A stretch of 64,000 nucleotides of DNA from an uncultured delta proteobacterium (GTDB lineage Bacteria; Desulfobacterota; BSN033; UBA1163): the NCBI GenBank assembly GCA_963708295.1, contig CAVPSJ010000014.1, forward strand, positions 192,001-256,000. Direction: 5' to 3'. The position numbers and the translations under genes were made by a program. Under the pieces are notes generated by a model. That model made no database searches. It was not told where the DNA came from and saw nothing but the letters and a program-made list of their open reading frames with translations. Within the stretch, counting starts at the first letter, position 1. Each line of letters starts with the position of its first letter. Below are positions 39,455-49,723 of this stretch, one piece after another.

Positions 39455-39484
39455 GGTCTACGAACAGGCGACGCAAGGAAGATC

Positions 39485-39596
39485 TTGTTGATAGCCGGGT
39501 CCTGCGCAACAAATGATTACAAACCCCGTCAGGTCCGGAAGGAAGCAGCGGTAGTAATCCCCTTTGTGTGCCGCAGGGGAGCCTGGCTATCAACAA
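39485..39596 (+). ncRNA. ffs: SRP RNA (4.5S core; possibly extends to 39451-39655)
   Basis: CCCCGTCAGGTCCGGAAGGAAGCAGCGG helix 8, long flanking stem TTGTTGATAGCC/GGCTATCAACAA, located upstream of dnaX. Confidence 0.95.
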
Positions 39597-39679
39597 ATGA
39601 TATACGGAACGAGAGCTGATGGGTGTCGGCTGGCAGTCGGCCGTTCTGAGACTATATTTCATTCATAACGGTGCATCCT

Positions 39680-41428
39680 ATGGCAAAAGAAGACACATCC
39701 TATCTCGTGCTGGCAAGAAAGTGGAGACCCCAGCTTTTCGAAGAGGTGATTGGGCAGCGGCACATCACCCAAACATTACAAAACGCCATTTCACAGAAAC
39801 GGGTAGCTCACGCCTTTTTGTTTACCGGAGCCAGAGGGGTGGGCAAGACTTCTTCAGCTCGCATTTTGGCAAAGGCCTTAAACTGCGAAAAGGGTTCCGG
39901 GACGAATCCCTGTAATCAATGTACGACCTGTCAAGAGGTGACCCACGGAACCTCGATGGATGTGATTGAGATTGATGGAGCCTCCAACCGCGGGATCGAT
40001 GAGATTCGGGAGTTGAGGGAGAATGTCCGTTATACTCCCGCCAAGAATCGGTATAAGATCTATATCATCGATGAGGTCCACATGCTGACCAAGGAGGCTT
40101 TCAATGCCTTGTTGAAGACCCTCGAAGAGCCACCTCCACACATCATCTTTATCTTGGCCACCACCGAACCCCATAAAATTCCTGCCACGATTCTTTCGCG
40201 TTGCCAGCGGTACGATTTCAAGAGGATTCCGTTTAAGGAGGTCATCGGAAGCCTGAAACGGATCGTGGGAGAAGAAGAGATCCAGATCAGTCCGAGAGGG
40301 CTTCTTTCGATTGCCCAGGAATCAGAGGGGAGCCTGAGGGATGCTGAAAGTCTCCTCGACCAGGTGATCGCTTATTCCGGGAAAAATATTCGTGATGAAG
40401 ATATTGCCGAAGTCCTCGGGCTCATCGATCGAAAAATGCTCAGCGATACCATCGAAGCGATTGCCGACAGGGATGTTGAAAGTTGTATGAAGGTCATCGA
40501 ACGCGTCTATCACTTTGGAGTCGACCTCCAGCATTTCAGCCGAGAGCTTCTTCAATATCTTCGCAATTTAATCCTCATCAAAGTCAGCCAGCATCCGGAA
40601 GGGTTAATGGAATTGCCGGAAGAGGAATTCATGCTCGTTAAGAAACAGGCAGAGAGGTTCGAATTCGAACAATTGAATTACCTTTTCACCCTTCTTTTGA
40701 AAGGAGAGCAAGAAACGGCGCAGTCTACTTTTCCTCGAACCATGCTCGAGGTGACATTGGTTCGAATGGCCACATTGCGTCCCCTCCTTCCTATCGATGA
40801 GATGCTGAAGAAACTGGAGGCGATGGAAAGCAAGGGACGGACCGGAGGGGACAGGGAGGGAAAAGCATCTCCTGCTTCAGGAAGAGTGGTCCGGTCAGAG
40901 GATCCGGTTAGAGATAGAAAAAAGGGAGAAGGGTCGCCGGAGAGGCGAGAGCCAACCAGGGAAGAAAAGGTTTGTGAGGAAAGTGAGAGTTTGGGGGATT
41001 TAAAAAAGGAGGAAGAGTCCAGTGGCGTCCTCCCGCAACGTCCGGAAGAGGCATGGAAAGGCCTGGTTGAATTTACACGGGCAAAGAATCCTATCTTGGG
41101 GGCATTCTTAGTCCTGGGAAATCTCGTTCATCTCGATGACGAAAGGATTGAGATCGGGTTTGAAAAAGATTCGTTTCACTACGATCGAATGCTGGAAAAG
41201 GAGAATCGGAGCCAATTAGAATCCATCTGTTTTGAATATTTTCAAAAGAAGGCGAAGGTGGTGATCTCGCCGTTGGCCCAGGGGGTAGGGTCCAAAGGAC
41301 GGGGGATGTTCAGCGAAGGAAAGGCAACCCCCGATGAAGAGGATGGGCGGTTGGGCCATCGGGCAGAGGAGAACCCTCTGATTCAGGAGGCGCTCCGTCT
41401 TTTTGACGGAAAGATTGTAGAAAGGTAA
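39680..41428 (+). CDS. dnaX: DNA polymerase III tau/gamma
   Basis: LARKWRP, GARGVGKT, EIDGASN, IIDEVHML, LSRCQ. Confidence 0.97.
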   Translation: MAKEDTSYLVLARKWRPQLFEEVIGQRHITQTLQNAISQKRVAHAFLFTGARGVGKTSSARILAKALNCEKGSGTNPCNQCTTCQEVTHGTSMDVIEIDGASNRGIDEIRELRENVRYTPAKNRYKIYIIDEVHMLTKEAFNALLKTLEEPPPHIIFILATTEPHKIPATILSRCQRYDFKRIPFKEVIGSLKRIVGEEEIQISPRGLLSIAQESEGSLRDAESLLDQVIAYSGKNIRDEDIAEVLGLIDRKMLSDTIEAIADRDVESCMKVIERVYHFGVDLQHFSRELLQYLRNLILIKVSQHPEGLMELPEEEFMLVKKQAERFEFEQLNYLFTLLLKGEQETAQSTFPRTMLEVTLVRMATLRPLLPIDEMLKKLEAMESKGRTGGDREGKASPASGRVVRSEDPVRDRKKGEGSPERREPTREEKVCEESESLGDLKKEEESSGVLPQRPEEAWKGLVEFTRAKNPILGAFLVLGNLVHLDDERIEIGFEKDSFHYDRMLEKENRSQLESICFEYFQKKAKVVISPLAQGVGSKGRGMFSEGKATPDEEDGRLGHRAEENPLIQEALRLFDGKIVER

Positions 41429-41482
41429 CTCTTCGTTAGAAATTCGAGGAGGCCGGATTCTAACGGAATAAAGGAGAGGCGC

Positions 41483-41797
41483 ATGGTAAAAGGCTTCGGG
41501 AACATACTAAAGCAGGCTCAGGAGATGCACGCTAAGATCGCCCAGCTCCAGGAGGAGATGGCAGGGAGAACGGTGGAAGCGAGTTCCGGGGGGGGCATGG
41601 TGAACATCGTGATGAACGGGAGACAGGAAGTCGTGAGCATCCGGATCGATCCGGAAGTGGTCAGTCGAGAAGACGTTGAGATGTTGCAAGATTTAATTGT
41701 AGCCGCCGTCAATGAGGCTATCCGGAAATCCCAGGAGATGATGACCGAAGAAATGAAAAAGGTTACGGGCGGACTCAATATTCCAGGATTGTTCTAA
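41483..41797 (+). CDS. ybaB: YbaB/EbfC nucleoid-associated protein
   Basis: SGGGMV, MLQDLIVAAVNEA; dnaX-recR synteny. Confidence 0.95.
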   Translation: MVKGFGNILKQAQEMHAKIAQLQEEMAGRTVEASSGGGMVNIVMNGRQEVVSIRIDPEVVSREDVEMLQDLIVAAVNEAIRKSQEMMTEEMKKVTGGLNIPGLF

Positions 41798-41946
41798 AGA
41801 GATTATTGTAAATTGTAAAATTACCAGTGCAAAATGCAAAATGAGGAACTCAACGGCACACTATAGAATGGAACAGAGCGTTGGGATCTTTCCAACTATT
41901 TTGCATTGCTAACTTTGCAATTTCCATTTTGTATTGAGGTCTTACG

Positions 41947-42546
41947 ATGGCTGCTTATCCCAAACCCATTGATCATCTGATAGAAGCCCTGGCAAGACTT
42001 CCGGGGATAGGGAAAAAGACGGCGTCCAGACTTGCCTTCCACGTCTTGCGGAGCAGTTCATCCGAGGCTCAAGAGCTGGCGAGAGCGATTTTGGACGTCA
42101 AAGAAAAGATCCGGCTTTGTTCAACCTGCTTCAACTTGACAGATGAAGATCCGTGTCGAATCTGCCAAGACGAACGCCGAGCCGGCGAGACTCTCTGTGT
42201 GGTCGAGGGGCCGAATGACCTGATCGCCATCGAGAACACGGGCGTTTTTGATGGAAGATACCACGTGTTGCACGGTACGATCTCTCCTCTGGAAGGTATT
42301 GGTCCAGACCACCTGAAAATGAAGGAACTGCTGGAAAGGCTTCAAAAGGAAAAGATTTCGGAAGTGATTCTGGCCAGCAATCCCACGGTCGAAGGGGGAG
42401 CCACGGCTCTTTATCTGGTTGATCTGATTAAGCCTTTAGGCATAAAAGTAACAAGAATCGCCTACGGAATCCCGATGGGAAGCGAAATTGAATACTCAGA
42501 CGGGATGACCTTATCCAAAGCCCTTGAGGGCCGCAGGGAAATTTGA
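41947..42546 (+). CDS. recR: Recombination mediator RecR
   Basis: LPGIGKKTA, C4 zinc finger, YHVLHG, NPTVEG. Confidence 0.97.
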   Translation: MAAYPKPIDHLIEALARLPGIGKKTASRLAFHVLRSSSSEAQELARAILDVKEKIRLCSTCFNLTDEDPCRICQDERRAGETLCVVEGPNDLIAIENTGVFDGRYHVLHGTISPLEGIGPDHLKMKELLERLQKEKISEVILASNPTVEGGATALYLVDLIKPLGIKVTRIAYGIPMGSEIEYSDGMTLSKALEGRREI

Positions 42547-42708
42547 TAAAAAATTCTTGACAAATAAGCAAATAAGTTTTAACGTTAACGCGATCGAAGC
42601 GGCCTTAAATAAAATACAATAGTTTCGGGTAGATATGCAGGAGAGGACGTGTTGATAACTTTTACAAAATATATTATATTTTTGATTATAGCAACACAGG
42701 AGAGTTAG

Positions 42709-43257
42709 ATGATTGAGATTCGATTTCATGGAAGAGGCGGTCAAGGGGCGGTGACTTCGGCGGAATTGTTGGCTCTGGCAGCCATCGGGGAAGGAAAGTA
42801 TGCCCAGGCATTTCCAAGTTTCGGTCCAGAACGAAGAGGAGCACCGGTCGTGGCCTTCTGTCGAATTGACGAAGAACGGATCCGTATCAGGGCCAATGTT
42901 TCCGAGCCGGATATTGTCGTTGTCCTCGATTCTTCTCTTTTGAAAATCGTCAATGTTGCTGCTGGATTGAAGTCCAACGGCGTCCTGGTCACGACGAGTC
43001 CTGATTCTGCAGAGAGCGTGCGGCAGGATTTGAAAATCAAGAATCGAATGGCCGTTGTGGACGCGCTCAAAATTGCAAGGGAGGTTCTGGGTGTCCCCAT
43101 TACCAATACTACGATGCTGGGATCTTTGATCAGAGCCCAGGGATTGGTCAAGAAAGAGTCGTTTCTCTCCCCTTTGCGGGAACGGTTTGGCCGGATTGCT
43201 GAAAAGAATATTTCTGCTTTTGAGCGAGCCTACCAAGACACTATCCTCCTTCAATAA
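42709..43257 (+). CDS. porC: 2-oxoacid:ferredoxin oxidoreductase gamma subunit
   Basis: [20 protein letters not shown]. Confidence 0.92.
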
Positions 43258-43339
43258 TTTTTTGATGGTCCCTTCTCTTCCCTAATGATCAAGGGGAGGA
43301 AGAGGGAATTAAAGTTATTCCAAGAGAGAGGTATTCGGT

Positions 43340-43640
43340 ATGACCAAACCAGAAAATGAATGGACGTGGAAAGAGATACCCGTCGGGAATGTGATCCTGG
43401 AACCCGGAAATGCCAGTCAATATCGGACAGGAGACTGGAAGAGTCTCAAGCCGGTTCTCAAAAAAGAACTCTGTATCCATTGTGGTTTGTGCTACATCTT
43501 CTGCCCCGATATGGCCTACAACCTGGATTCGGAGAGCTATTTTATTGCCGACCTTTTTTATTGCAAAGGGCTGCGGTATCTGCGCAAAGGAGTGTCCCAC
43601 CGGGGCGATTACCATGGTGATGGAAGAGGAGGGGAAATAA
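43340..43640 (+). CDS. porD: 2-oxoacid:ferredoxin oxidoreductase delta subunit (frameshift near 43570)
   Basis: TGDWKS..CIHCGLCYIFCP, then CKGCGICAKECP in the shifted frame. Confidence 0.88.
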
Positions 43641-44815
43641 TGGGAAAAAGGATTGGAATGGAAGTCTCCATCGCAGCGGCCGAGGCGGTCAAACAGGCCA
43701 ACGTGGATGTGATCTCGGCCTATCCCATTACTCCGCAGACACATATCGTTGAGCATCTTTCTGAGCTGGTGGCCAACGGAGAAATGGATGCGGAGTTTTT
43801 CTGCGTGGAATCGGAGCATTCCGCATTGAGTGTCTGCGTGGGAAGCCAGGCGACGGGAGCCAGGTCCTTCACCTGCACCAGCGCTCAGGGGCTGGCCCTG
43901 CTGAGTGAGATCACGTTTATTGCCTCGGGCTTGAGGTTGCCCATTGTCATGATTCTTGCGAATCGGACCCTCTCGGCGCCTCTCAGTATCTGGAATGACC
44001 ACAGTGATGCCATGATGGTCCGGGACTGTGGTTGGATTCAATTTTTTACGGAGAATGGTCAGGAAGTCTATGACCATGTCTTTATTTCCTACCGGGTCGC
44101 AGAAGATCGTCAGGTTCTTTTCCCGGTGATTATTAACATGGATGGGTTTATATTAAGCCATGTGATTGAACCCATCGAGATGATCGATCAGGAGAAGATC
44201 GATCAGTTTCTGCCTCCTTATGAACCCCTTCACCGCCTCCATCCGGATCAGCCCATAACGATGGGGGCCTTCGCATTGCCCGCCATCTTTGCAGAGACCA
44301 AGAAGGCCCAGGAAGTGGCGCTTCAGTCCTCTCTTCCAAGAATCCTAGAGGTATGGAAGACGTTCGGAGACATGACGGGGAGATACTATCACCCGATCGA
44401 AACTTATCGGACAGAGGATGCGGAGACGCTCCTGGTCACCATGGGGTGCTTTGGTGAGACGGCCTCGGTGGCCGTGGATCAGATGAGGGCTGAAGGAAGG
44501 TCGGTGGGTTTGGTCAAGATCCGGCTGTGGCGGCCTTTTCCTTTCGACGATTTCAAGAAGGCGGTCCAGGGAGCAAAGAACCTGGTGGTCATTGATCGAG
44601 CGGTTTCCCCGGGAGGTCCCAAAGGGCCTGTGGGGTCCGAAGTGAGATCGGCTCTGTTTGGAGAACCGGTCCATCCAGCCGTCTATGATTTTGTCGCGGG
44701 AATTTCCGGCAGAGATGTGGCCCCCTCCGATTTCGTCAAAATGGTGGGTAAGGCTGAAATTGAGATCGAGGAAGGAAATAAGGAAGGATACGAACTGTAC
44801 GGGGTGAGAGAATGA
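43640..44815 (+). CDS. porA: 2-oxoacid:ferredoxin oxidoreductase alpha subunit
   Basis: [28 protein letters not shown]; TAATG overlap with porD. Confidence 0.93.
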   Translation: MGKRIGMEVSIAAAEAVKQANVDVISAYPITPQTHIVEHLSELVANGEMDAEFFCVESEHSALSVCVGSQATGARSFTCTSAQGLALLSEITFIASGLRLPIVMILANRTLSAPLSIWNDHSDAMMVRDCGWIQFFTENGQEVYDHVFISYRVAEDRQVLFPVIINMDGFILSHVIEPIEMIDQEKIDQFLPPYEPLHRLHPDQPITMGAFALPAIFAETKKAQEVALQSSLPRILEVWKTFGDMTGRYYHPIETYRTEDAETLLVTMGCFGETASVAVDQMRAEGRSVGLVKIRLWRPFPFDDFKKAVQGAKNLVVIDRAVSPGGPKGPVGSEVRSALFGEPVHPAVYDFVAGISGRDVAPSDFVKMVGKAEIEIEEGNKEGYELYGVRE

Positions 44816-45745
44816 CTGAAAATCTGAACGTTTTTGCTGTTAGGACATTGACACAAAAGGAATATTTTGCGCCCGGCCATCGATCTTGCCAGGGTTGCGC
44901 CGAGGCATTGGCGGTAAGGTTGGTCGCCAAGGCCGTGGGAAGGAACGTCATCATTGCCAATGCGACGGGCTGTATGGAAATCGTTTCCTCTCCGCTGCCT
45001 TACACTTCCTGGAGGGTGCCCTGGATCCACGTTGCGTTTGAGAATACGTCCGCGGTTGCCTCCGGCATTGAGTCAGCCCTGAAGGTCTTGATGAGAAAGG
45101 GGAGAATTCCCCACAAGAAGATCGTCACCCTTGCCATGGGCGGGGACGGAGGGACGGCGGACATCGGCCTTCAGTCACTTTCGGGTGCTCTGGAGAGAGG
45201 TCACAACTTTCTCTACGTGTGCACTGACAATGAGGCCTATATGAACACCGGCATCCAGCGATCTTCCTCTACGCCTTTCGGTGCATCGACCACCACTTCT
45301 CCGGCCGGAAAAGTCCAGACAGGACAGGTCACCTGGAAGAAGAATATGGCGGCCATTGCAGCTGCTCATAATATCCCTTATGTTGCCACGGCCTGCCCGA
45401 GTTATCCCATCGATCTGGTGCAGAAGGTGAAGAAAGGCGGCTGATGTCGATGGCCCTGCTTATATCCATATCCTCTCTGTCTGCCCGACGGGATGGAGGT
45501 CTGCGCCGGAGCTCTCTATCAAACTGGGCCGGTTGGCCGTAGAGACGGGGATCTTTCCCCTGTATGAGGTGGAGAGGGGACAGTATCATTTAAGCATCGA
45601 TTTTCCGAAATTGAAACCGATTAAGGAATATATCAAGCTCCAGGGGAGATTCCGGCATCTGACGGAAGAGATGATCGAGGGGATTCAGAAACGCGTTGAA
45701 AAGGAATACGAACAGTTAAGAGAAAGAGCGAAAAGGGGATTTTGA
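44812..45745 (+). CDS. porB: 2-oxoacid:ferredoxin oxidoreductase beta subunit (frameshift near 45437)
   Basis: [22 protein letters not shown]; continues [23 protein letters not shown]. Confidence 0.9.
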
Positions 45746-45746
45746 A

Positions 45747-46226
45747 ATGACTCACTCACAGATTGATACCATCATCGATCAAAACGGAGACAAGGAATCC
45801 GCTATCCTATCCATTCTTCAGGATGTTCAGGCCAAGGAGAAATACCTTCCCAAAGAGGCCCTTGAGTATATCGGGGAAAAGCTCCATATCCCGTTGAACA
45901 AGATCTACCGGATCGCCACATTTTACCGGGCCTTCAGTCTCTCGCCGCGGGGAAAGCATGAGGTCTGTGTCTGCATGGGAACCGCATGCCATGTCCGTGG
46001 AGCGCAGCGAATTATCGATCAGGTCAAGCTGGCATTGGACATCCGGCCGGGAGAGACGACCAAGGATCGGAATTTTACGCTGGAGACGGTCAACTGTCTG
46101 GGTGTCTGTGCGGCCGGACCGGTGGTCGCCATCGACGGTCAGTACTTCGGAAAGATGAGCTCGGCCAAGGTTGCCGGGACCCTTAAGAAGTTTCGTTCTG
46201 ATAAGAAAAAAGGAGGGGACGAATGA
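45747..46226 (+). CDS. NuoE/HydC-like subunit (copy 2)
   Basis: [21 protein letters not shown]. Confidence 0.93.
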   Translation: MTHSQIDTIIDQNGDKESAILSILQDVQAKEKYLPKEALEYIGEKLHIPLNKIYRIATFYRAFSLSPRGKHEVCVCMGTACHVRGAQRIIDQVKLALDIRPGETTKDRNFTLETVNCLGVCAAGPVVAIDGQYFGKMSSAKVAGTLKKFRSDKKKGGDE

Positions 46227-48094
46227 GAAGGCTTGGTTCTCCTCAAGAGTTGGAAAAATACAGGGAAGAAATCCTCAGCACGAGGGATCCTAACCAACCC
46301 TTGATCACGGTTTGCGGCGGGACAGGATGTCACGCCTCAGGATGTCATGCGGTGGTAGACGCCTTCAGGAAGGTTCTCGACGAGAAGGGGAAAGGGAATG
46401 GCGTCGGCCTCCGGGTGACGGGGTGTCATGGCTTCTGTGAAAGGGGGCCGCTGGTCGTCATTCATCCGAAGAAGGTCATGTATCAACGGGTGAAACCCGA
46501 GGATGTCCCGGCGATCTTTCAGGAGACGGTCCTCAACGGAAAAATCCTCGAACCCCTGCTTTACGAACATCCGACGACACAGGAGAAGATTGTCGCCGAG
46601 GAGGATGTGCCGTTTTACAAGAAACAGATGCGAATCATCTTCGGAAATAACGGGAGCATCGATCCGACCCGGATTGAAGACTATATTGCAGTCGGTGGCT
46701 ACCGAGCCTTGCCCAAGGCGTTGTTATCCATGACGCCCGAGCAGATTATCGGCGAGGTGAAAAAGGCCAATTTGAGAGGCCGTGGAGGCGGAGGGTTTCC
46801 CGCTGGCCTGAAATGGGAGCAGTGCCGGAACGCGCCCGAAAGGATTAAATACGTGATCTGCAACGCGGACGAGGGAGATCCGGGCGCTTACATGGACCGG
46901 AGTCTCCTGGAGGGGAACCCGCACAGCGTTCTCGAAGGGATGATCATCGGGGCCTTCGCGATCGGGTCTCACGAGGGCTATGTCTACGTCCGTAACGAAT
47001 ATCCTCTGGCCGTCGAGAATATCGGGATCGCTGTCAGACGAGCGGAAGAACTGGGCCTGATCGGCAAGAATATTCTCGGATCGGGGTTTGACTTCGAGGT
47101 TAAGGTGAGCCGGGGAGGAGGTGCCTTTGTTTGTGGGGAATCGACCGCACTCATGGCATCCATCGAAGGGAATGTGGGAGAACCCAGGGCAAAACATATT
47201 CACACCGTCATCAGCGGCCTCTGGGACCGTCCGAGCAATCTCAACAACGTGGAGACATGGGCCAACGTACCGGTGATCATCAATCAAGGCGCCGATTGGT
47301 ACGGGAGGATCGGCACCGAGGGCAGCAAGGGGACCAAGATCTTTTCACTGGTCGGGAAGGTGAACAATACGGGTCTGGTGGAAGTTCCCATGGGGATCTC
47401 GCTAAAGGAGATCGTCTATGATATTGGGGGGGGAATCCCTGGAGGCAAGAAACTGAAAGCGGTCCAGACCGGAGGGCCTTCCGGAGGCTGCATTCCCGAG
47501 TCGCTCATTGACCTGCCCGTGGATTTTGATCGTTTGACAGAAGTAGGTTCGATGATGGGTTCGGGCGGAATGATCGTGATGGATGAGTCGACCTGCATGG
47601 TGGATGTGGCCAAGTACTTCATGAACTTCCTCAAGGATGAATCCTGCGGAAAGTGTACTTCTTGCCGGGAGGGGACGAAACGGATGCACGAAGTCCTGAC
47701 GGAGATTACGGAGGGGAGGGGAAGAACGGACCACCTCGATCTCCTTGAAGAGATCGGTTGGGTTACGGCAGAAGCCTCTTTGTGCGCGTTGGGAGGCACG
47801 GCTTCCAATCCCGTCCTCTCCACCGTTCGCTACTTCCGGGACGAATACAAGGAACATATTATTAATAAACGGTGTCCGGCAAAGGTTTGTCGGGCCCTTC
47901 TCGAATATCGAGTGATCTCCGAAGTCTGCAAGATGTGCGGCGCCTGTTCAAAAGTCTGCCCTTCAGAGGCCATCAGCGGCAAGCCAAAGACGAAAAAAGA
48001 GAAGGGAAAGCCTTTTAAGATCGATGTGGAGAAATGCATCCGGTGTGGAATGTGTTTTGAGGCCTGTAAATTTGAGGCGATCGAGGTCCAGTAA
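46223..48094 (+). CDS. NuoF/HydB-like subunit (copy 2)
   Basis: Same motifs as 6181-8036; intact, with C-terminal 2x[4Fe-4S]. Confidence 0.95.
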   Translation: MRRLGSPQELEKYREEILSTRDPNQPLITVCGGTGCHASGCHAVVDAFRKVLDEKGKGNGVGLRVTGCHGFCERGPLVVIHPKKVMYQRVKPEDVPAIFQETVLNGKILEPLLYEHPTTQEKIVAEEDVPFYKKQMRIIFGNNGSIDPTRIEDYIAVGGYRALPKALLSMTPEQIIGEVKKANLRGRGGGGFPAGLKWEQCRNAPERIKYVICNADEGDPGAYMDRSLLEGNPHSVLEGMIIGAFAIGSHEGYVYVRNEYPLAVENIGIAVRRAEELGLIGKNILGSGFDFEVKVSRGGGAFVCGESTALMASIEGNVGEPRAKHIHTVISGLWDRPSNLNNVETWANVPVIINQGADWYGRIGTEGSKGTKIFSLVGKVNNTGLVEVPMGISLKEIVYDIGGGIPGGKKLKAVQTGGPSGGCIPESLIDLPVDFDRLTEVGSMMGSGGMIVMDESTCMVDVAKYFMNFLKDESCGKCTSCREGTKRMHEVLTEITEGRGRTDHLDLLEEIGWVTAEASLCALGGTASNPVLSTVRYFRDEYKEHIINKRCPAKVCRALLEYRVISEVCKMCGACSKVCPSEAISGKPKTKKEKGKPFKIDVEKCIRCGMCFEACKFEAIEVQ

Positions 48095-48223
48095 AATATA
48101 AGGAATAAGTTAGTGAGTTATTAAGTTAATAAATTATCAGGAATCATCGCAAGTGAACGGTCCATGCTCATTCACTTATTCACTCTATTACCTCATTAAC
48201 CTGTATTAACTTGGAGGAGCATT

Positions 48224-48940
48224 ATGACGATTCCCTTTGTGATTGACGGGCAATCCGTTGAAGGAAAAGAAGGCGAAAATATTCTGAGTGTGGCTTTGGA
48301 CGCGGGGTTTGATATTCCCCATCTCTGTTACAATGAGTCCGTGAAGCCTTATGGTGCCTGTCGCCTCTGTCTGGTAGAAGTGAAGAGGCGAGGGAGGACC
48401 AACATGACGACCTCTTGCACCTACCCTGTTTTAGAAGGGGTCGAGGTGTTCACGCAAACGGAGAAAGTATTGCGCGCCCGCCGGATGATGATCGAACTGA
48501 TTTTGGCCATGTGTCCGGGAGACAAGTTGATTCAGGATATGGCCAGGGAGATGGGGGTCCAGGAGGTCCGATTCAAACAGGAGGATAAGGATTGCATTCT
48601 CTGCGGTCTCTGCGCCAGAGTCTGCGAGGAGGTCGTCGGGGCCAACGCCATTCATTTTGCTTTCAGGGGAGATCGGCGGGAGATGATTCCTCCGTTCCAG
48701 GCGGAGGCGACGAGTTGCATTGCGTGCGGAGCCTGTGTGGTCGCCTGTCCGGTCGATGTCATTCGGATGAAGGAAGAAAAGGATGAGCGGACGATCGTTC
48801 GGTGGAAGCGAACGTTGAAAATGAAGCAATGCAAGATCTGCGGAAATTATTTCGCCCCCTGGTTTCAGCTAGAGAAGTTCAAGGAGCAGGCCAAGCTCCA
48901 GAAAGATTTTTTTGATGTCTGTTATACGTGCCGGACTTGA
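48224..48940 (+). CDS. Short NuoG/HoxU-like FeS subunit
   Basis: 2Fe-2S, 2x[4Fe-4S], C-terminal CKICG..CYTC; no H-cluster or Mo domain. Confidence 0.9.
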   Translation: MTIPFVIDGQSVEGKEGENILSVALDAGFDIPHLCYNESVKPYGACRLCLVEVKRRGRTNMTTSCTYPVLEGVEVFTQTEKVLRARRMMIELILAMCPGDKLIQDMAREMGVQEVRFKQEDKDCILCGLCARVCEEVVGANAIHFAFRGDRREMIPPFQAEATSCIACGACVVACPVDVIRMKEEKDERTIVRWKRTLKMKQCKICGNYFAPWFQLEKFKEQAKLQKDFFDVCYTCRT

Positions 48941-49001
48941 AATCTCTCCCCAATTCGAGTATATTGGAAACAAGAAGCATGTTCAACAGGAGGTGACGGG
49001 T

Positions 49002-49445
49002 ATGACCCTTGTCAAATGGGAACCCTTCCGAGATCTCATGACCATGCAAGACCGAATGACCCGGCTGATCGATGAAACTCTTTCTCGAATCTGGAAAGAG
49101 GAAGTTCATCACGAAGCCTGGTCCCCTCCTGTGGATATTCTGGAGAAAGGCGACGAAGTGATCCTGAAAGTGGACCTGCCCGAAGTGAATCAAAATGAGA
49201 TCGATATTAGAGCAGAAGAAAGCACTCTGATCATTCAGGGGGAGAGAAGGTTTATCAAAGAGTCCTCCGAAGAAAACTATGTTCAGATTGAAAGACCTTA
49301 TGGGACCTTTCGCCGGACCTTCAGCATCCCTAAAACGATCGATCAGGAGGGAATCAAGGCTTCCTACAAGGATGGAGTGCTTCGAGTGGTTCTTCCCAGA
49401 AAGCAGGAAATCCAACCGAAACAGATTGTCGTCGAACCCATGTAA
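49002..49445 (+). CDS. Hsp20/alpha-crystallin family protein
   Basis: PPVDI, ERPYGTFRRTF, ASYKDGVLRV. Confidence 0.95.
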   Translation: MTLVKWEPFRDLMTMQDRMTRLIDETLSRIWKEEVHHEAWSPPVDILEKGDEVILKVDLPEVNQNEIDIRAEESTLIIQGERRFIKESSEENYVQIERPYGTFRRTFSIPKTIDQEGIKASYKDGVLRVVLPRKQEIQPKQIVVEPM

Positions 49446-49458
49446 TGGATGAGAGCCG

Positions 49459-49492
49459 AAGGGGGCCCTTTTCCAAAGGGCCCCCTTTTTTC
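49459..49492 (+). terminator. Intrinsic terminator after hsp20
   Basis: GGGGGCCCTTT/AAAGGGCCCCC stem followed by a T-run. Confidence 0.9.
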
Positions 49493-49650
49493 TATTTCTC
49501 AATACCCTACTTTTAGTCTGCCCAAGGGCTTTTCAATACGAATACCGATATCTGTCAGAACGTGCCGTACCCCTCTCCGTCGCTAACTCCCGTCTCGTGG
49601 GCCTTCCTCCGGCGCTATCAACCAAGGGTATGATTCCGATCCTGATCGCC

Positions 49651-49688
49651 AAAAAAATGGGTGGCAGGACAAAATGCCTGCCACCCAT
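49651..49688 (-). terminator. Intrinsic terminator after the OmpA-family gene
   Basis: ATGGGTGGCAGG/CCTGCCACCCAT stem with an A-run on the plus strand. Confidence 0.85.
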
Positions 49689-49723
49689 GCCTTACCTCCA
49701 TACTTTCCGATTAATCCGTCTGG

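Noticed and set aside
43340-44815. Apparent 491-aa PorD-PorA fusion
   Set aside because: It is created by an extra base near 43570; porD ends and porA starts at the TAATG overlap at 43638-43642.
45430-45444. TGA ending the porB ORF as Sec or a programmed shift
   Set aside because: The continuation is in a different frame and there is no SECIS; it fits a single-base indel.
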